Shown here one piece after another: positions 61,485 through 64,000 of a stretch of DNA of 64,000 nucleotides. The translations under genes were made by a program, and so were the position numbers. Within the stretch, counting starts at the first letter, position 1. The number at the start of each line of letters is the position of its first letter. Source of the DNA: Podarcis gaigeae (taxonomy: Eukaryota); NCBI GenBank assembly GCA_964106915.2, contig OZ066915.1. One strand, 5' to 3'. The notes beneath the pieces are model-generated. The model was not told the origin of the DNA, searched no databases, and saw only the letters and a list, made by a program, of their open reading frames with translations.

Positions 61485-61803
61485 TTGAATCCGTACGATG
61501 GGGTGAGCTCCCATTGCTCTGTCACAGCTTCTGCCAACCTAGCAGTTTGAAAGCATACCAGTGCAAGGAGGTACCGCTGCAGAGGGAAGGTAAATGACAT
61601 TTCAATGTGCTCTGGGACTTGTCGCGGTGTTCTATTGCGCCGCAAGTGGTTTAGTCATGCTGGCCACATGACCCAGAAAGCTGTCTGTGGACAAACGCCA
61701 GCTCCCTCGATCTGAAAGCGAGGTGAGCATCGCAGTCCATAGTTGCCTTTGATTGGACCTAACTGTCCAGGGATCCTTTACTTTACCTTACCTTTACCTT
61801 TAA
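61485..61803 (+). mobile_element. Sauria SINE (5'-truncated)
   Basis: gggtgagctccc...gccaacctagcagtttgaaagc...agtcatgctggccacatgacc...gctccctcg with the diagnostic (ACCTTT)n tail. Confidence 0.88.
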
Positions 61804-62249
61804 CTAAGGCTATGCTTAGGTGTGCCCTTGTTTTTATAGGTATCATTGACCTCCTGCTTCAGAACGAAAGGGAGTGCTGAACGATTGACCTGCTTAAAAG
61901 TCGAGCCTTCTCTTCCCCCACCCATATATATATATACATGAGAAATACCAAGTATAAAATAGATAGGGTGCTTTCTGATGTGCTTCTACCTTAAAGGCAG
62001 CTTGCCCATGTTGCCATAGGCGCTGTGAATCAGAGATGAGAGTCTACGATCCAAGTCCTCTGCTCCAGTAGGTGAACAAAGGCTCCCTCTTCTATAATCT
62101 TCCTTTCCGGTCTGCTGAAAGAATACTGACCGAGCTGGGAAGAGAAAGGCCTAGCTGTTTCTGCGGATGAGGTTCCCACTGGGGATTGTTTTGTAGAGAA
62201 GAAACTGGTCCCTGTCGCCTTTTCCATTGTGTATTTAGCATCTTTTTCG

Positions 62250-64000
62250 GGACTGGTGGTGCACTAAGGGCTTGCTTTTGTCTGAAAGGCTGGTATATTC
62301 TATGTGTCATAGCGCCGCATTCCCATGCGTGCAACTGGGCAGAGTGAAGCGCCACAGAATTCCCAGCCCCGAGGAATATTATTATTATTATTATCATCAT
62401 CATCGAGCGCCAATAGCCTTAGAGGTCAAAAGTAACCCGGTCAGCGGACTACCAAGCAGGAGAGCTATGTGACACGATGGTAGTCTTTGCTAAACGCTTT
62501 CGTGGGGAATTAATTGCCTGACTGTTGGCGGTAGCAAATTTATCCGCGGTGTCGGATTGGACCTGATGGCGAGATCAGAAACAGGGACGTGTTCCATTCT
62601 AACGAGCAAAGTTTGTTCTATCACGTTTCCGGGAATCTGGGCTGAGCGCGCAGGGGGAAGGACTGGAGACAAGAGCGGCAGTTCCTATGTTCTTCAAAGA
62701 GCAAGCAGCACCTTCGTGGGGCGGTACAGTGGCGTAGCGTGGGTTGTCAGCACCCGGGACAAGGCAAGTAATTTGCACCCCCTAACCCGTGGATTTGCGT
62801 CCCCTAAGCCCCAGATGTTGCGCCCGGTGCGGCCAGCCCCCCCTGCACCCCCCACGCTACGCCACTGGGGCGGTAAGCCCCATCTCCCAAGCACCATCAT
62901 TCTCTTGCGATGCGGCGGCGGCGGCGACGCAGCTTCCTTCCCTCTCCCGCTTGCCTTACGACACCCCTCACGCGCCGTCTCCCTGGCGGGACTGAGAAGC
63001 GCTCCTCCCGGCGCCCACTCGGAGGGCTCCTTACTCGAAGGGGCGTGGCCGTGAGGTAAGGGAACCTTAGATTCGAAGTCCTGTGCCCTGCGCGAGGCGC
63101 GGCTTGTTGCGTGGTGACGTAACGCGCTGCGTGGTGAGGTCAGTGCAGCCCCGCCGTTGCTGGTCCCGCTGCCCGTCGCTCTCTGCCCTGGTCTGTTCGC
63201 TGTGGTCCCCGACCCTCCCTACGGAGTGCGGCGCTTCCCCTTGACTCAGGGCTTTGCTGGATTTGGTCTGGTAGGAGGCTGGTGACAACGCGGCCTTCTC
63301 CGGCTCTCCGGCCGCCGTCAGGTAAGAGCTGGGCCGGGCCGGGAGAGGCTGCGGGGGTTGGTATTCTCCTTGTTCAGTTACGTTGTCTTGTCGGCGTAAC
63401 CCGCATTGCGTAATGTGACCGTTGCGTCAGGCGACTTACGCTTTTTGCGTCGAGGCCTATTGCGCAAAGGTCTTACGCGAGCCTCCTCAGCCTACGCTGA
63501 CTGGTGTCCCGCGCCCGTGCGTGAGCAGGGCAACTTCTCCCACCCCACTCCCCTCTGCATTCTCGCGGTGGGCGGCTAAGTTTCACGGTGGGTTAATCGG
63601 GAACAAGATGTGGCTCGCTATTTCGCACGGTTACGCTGATTGCGGTAGGTGGTGTGTAAGGCTTATGGTGGCTACGCCGTTTCCGTAAGCGCTGCTTCGC
63701 TGCTCCCTTTAAGGGTACGTGATTGCCGTAAGTATGTCCGTGCCCTCCGCCTGTACCGCTATGAGGCCGGGGTGCGTTGTGGGCGGCCCCCGCGCCGCCC
63801 TTGCACATCGGGCCTTCCGCTGGCTGGGGTGCATTTTCGAAGCGGCGGAGGGCCTTCCCGCCGAGGGCGCCCGGATCCCGTGCGCGGGTGGCGCAGTAAG
63901 CGAACCTGGGCGGGGCGGGTGCTGATGGTACTTCCTGCCGCCGCCATTTTGTCATCGAGCAGGAGGGGGAAGCGGCGGTAGTAGCGGCCGCAGCTCCGGT
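62250..64000 (+). promoter_or_regulatory. Large CpG-island promoter of the next gene (BRD4 expected by synteny)
   Basis: Very high CpG density; CRE-like GTGACGTAA near 63113; strong + strand donors GAG|gtaagg (63056) and CAG|gtaaga (63322); GC boxes 63908-63918; ETS CTTCCT 63931; YY1 GCCGCCATTTT 63940-63950. Gene identity is inferred only from the WIZ-AKAP8L-AKAP8-BRD4 order. Confidence 0.75.
62727..62867. mobile_element. Young hAT MITE with perfect 17-bp TIR and 8-bp TSD
   Basis: gggcggta|CAGTGGCGTAGCGTGGG...CCCACGCTACGCCACTG|gggcggta. Confidence 0.93.

Noticed and set aside
62557-63981. Several 70-165 aa ORFs in the terminal CpG island (likewise 13958-14662 and 40200-40672)
   Set aside because: Stop-poor GC-rich DNA with low-complexity Arg/Gly/Pro translations, and one crosses a MITE; no recognisable protein
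1-64000. CRISPR array, operon or prokaryotic defence system
   Set aside because: The sequence is spliced vertebrate DNA; the recurring CAGTGGTACC motifs are dispersed transposon ends, not regularly spaced repeats

Overview
Vertebrate genomic DNA. The Sauria SINE, CR1/L2 and MITE content points to a squamate, probably a lizard. The window holds four consecutive + strand transcription units in the order known from amniotes. These are the last six coding exons of WIZ (stop 6354-6356), a complete AKAP8L (13 coding exons, 13949-33528, 634 aa by my splice model), a complete AKAP8/AKAP95 (14 coding exons, 40105-57475, 707 aa), and a CpG-island promoter at 62250-64000 that should by synteny belong to BRD4 (no BRD4 coding sequence is present). 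Exon phases were read by hand and both complete models close in frame. Introns and spacers carry eight TA-flanked Tc1/mariner (Tigger/pogo-like) MITEs, hAT MITEs with 8-bp TSDs, L2, CR1 and probable L1 fragments, SINEs and microsatellites. There are no prokaryotic systems, CRISPR arrays or supportable RNA genes, and I cannot demonstrate a new biological system. The best candidate is a parallel 'tail-off' splicing option in the last intron of both AKAP8 paralogues: a stop-containing 28-nt microexon plus a triple tandem donor in AKAP8, and a stop-plus-polyA alternative acceptor in AKAP8L. AKAP8 also appears to lack the PKA-RII anchoring helix and has a (DYG)n expansion.
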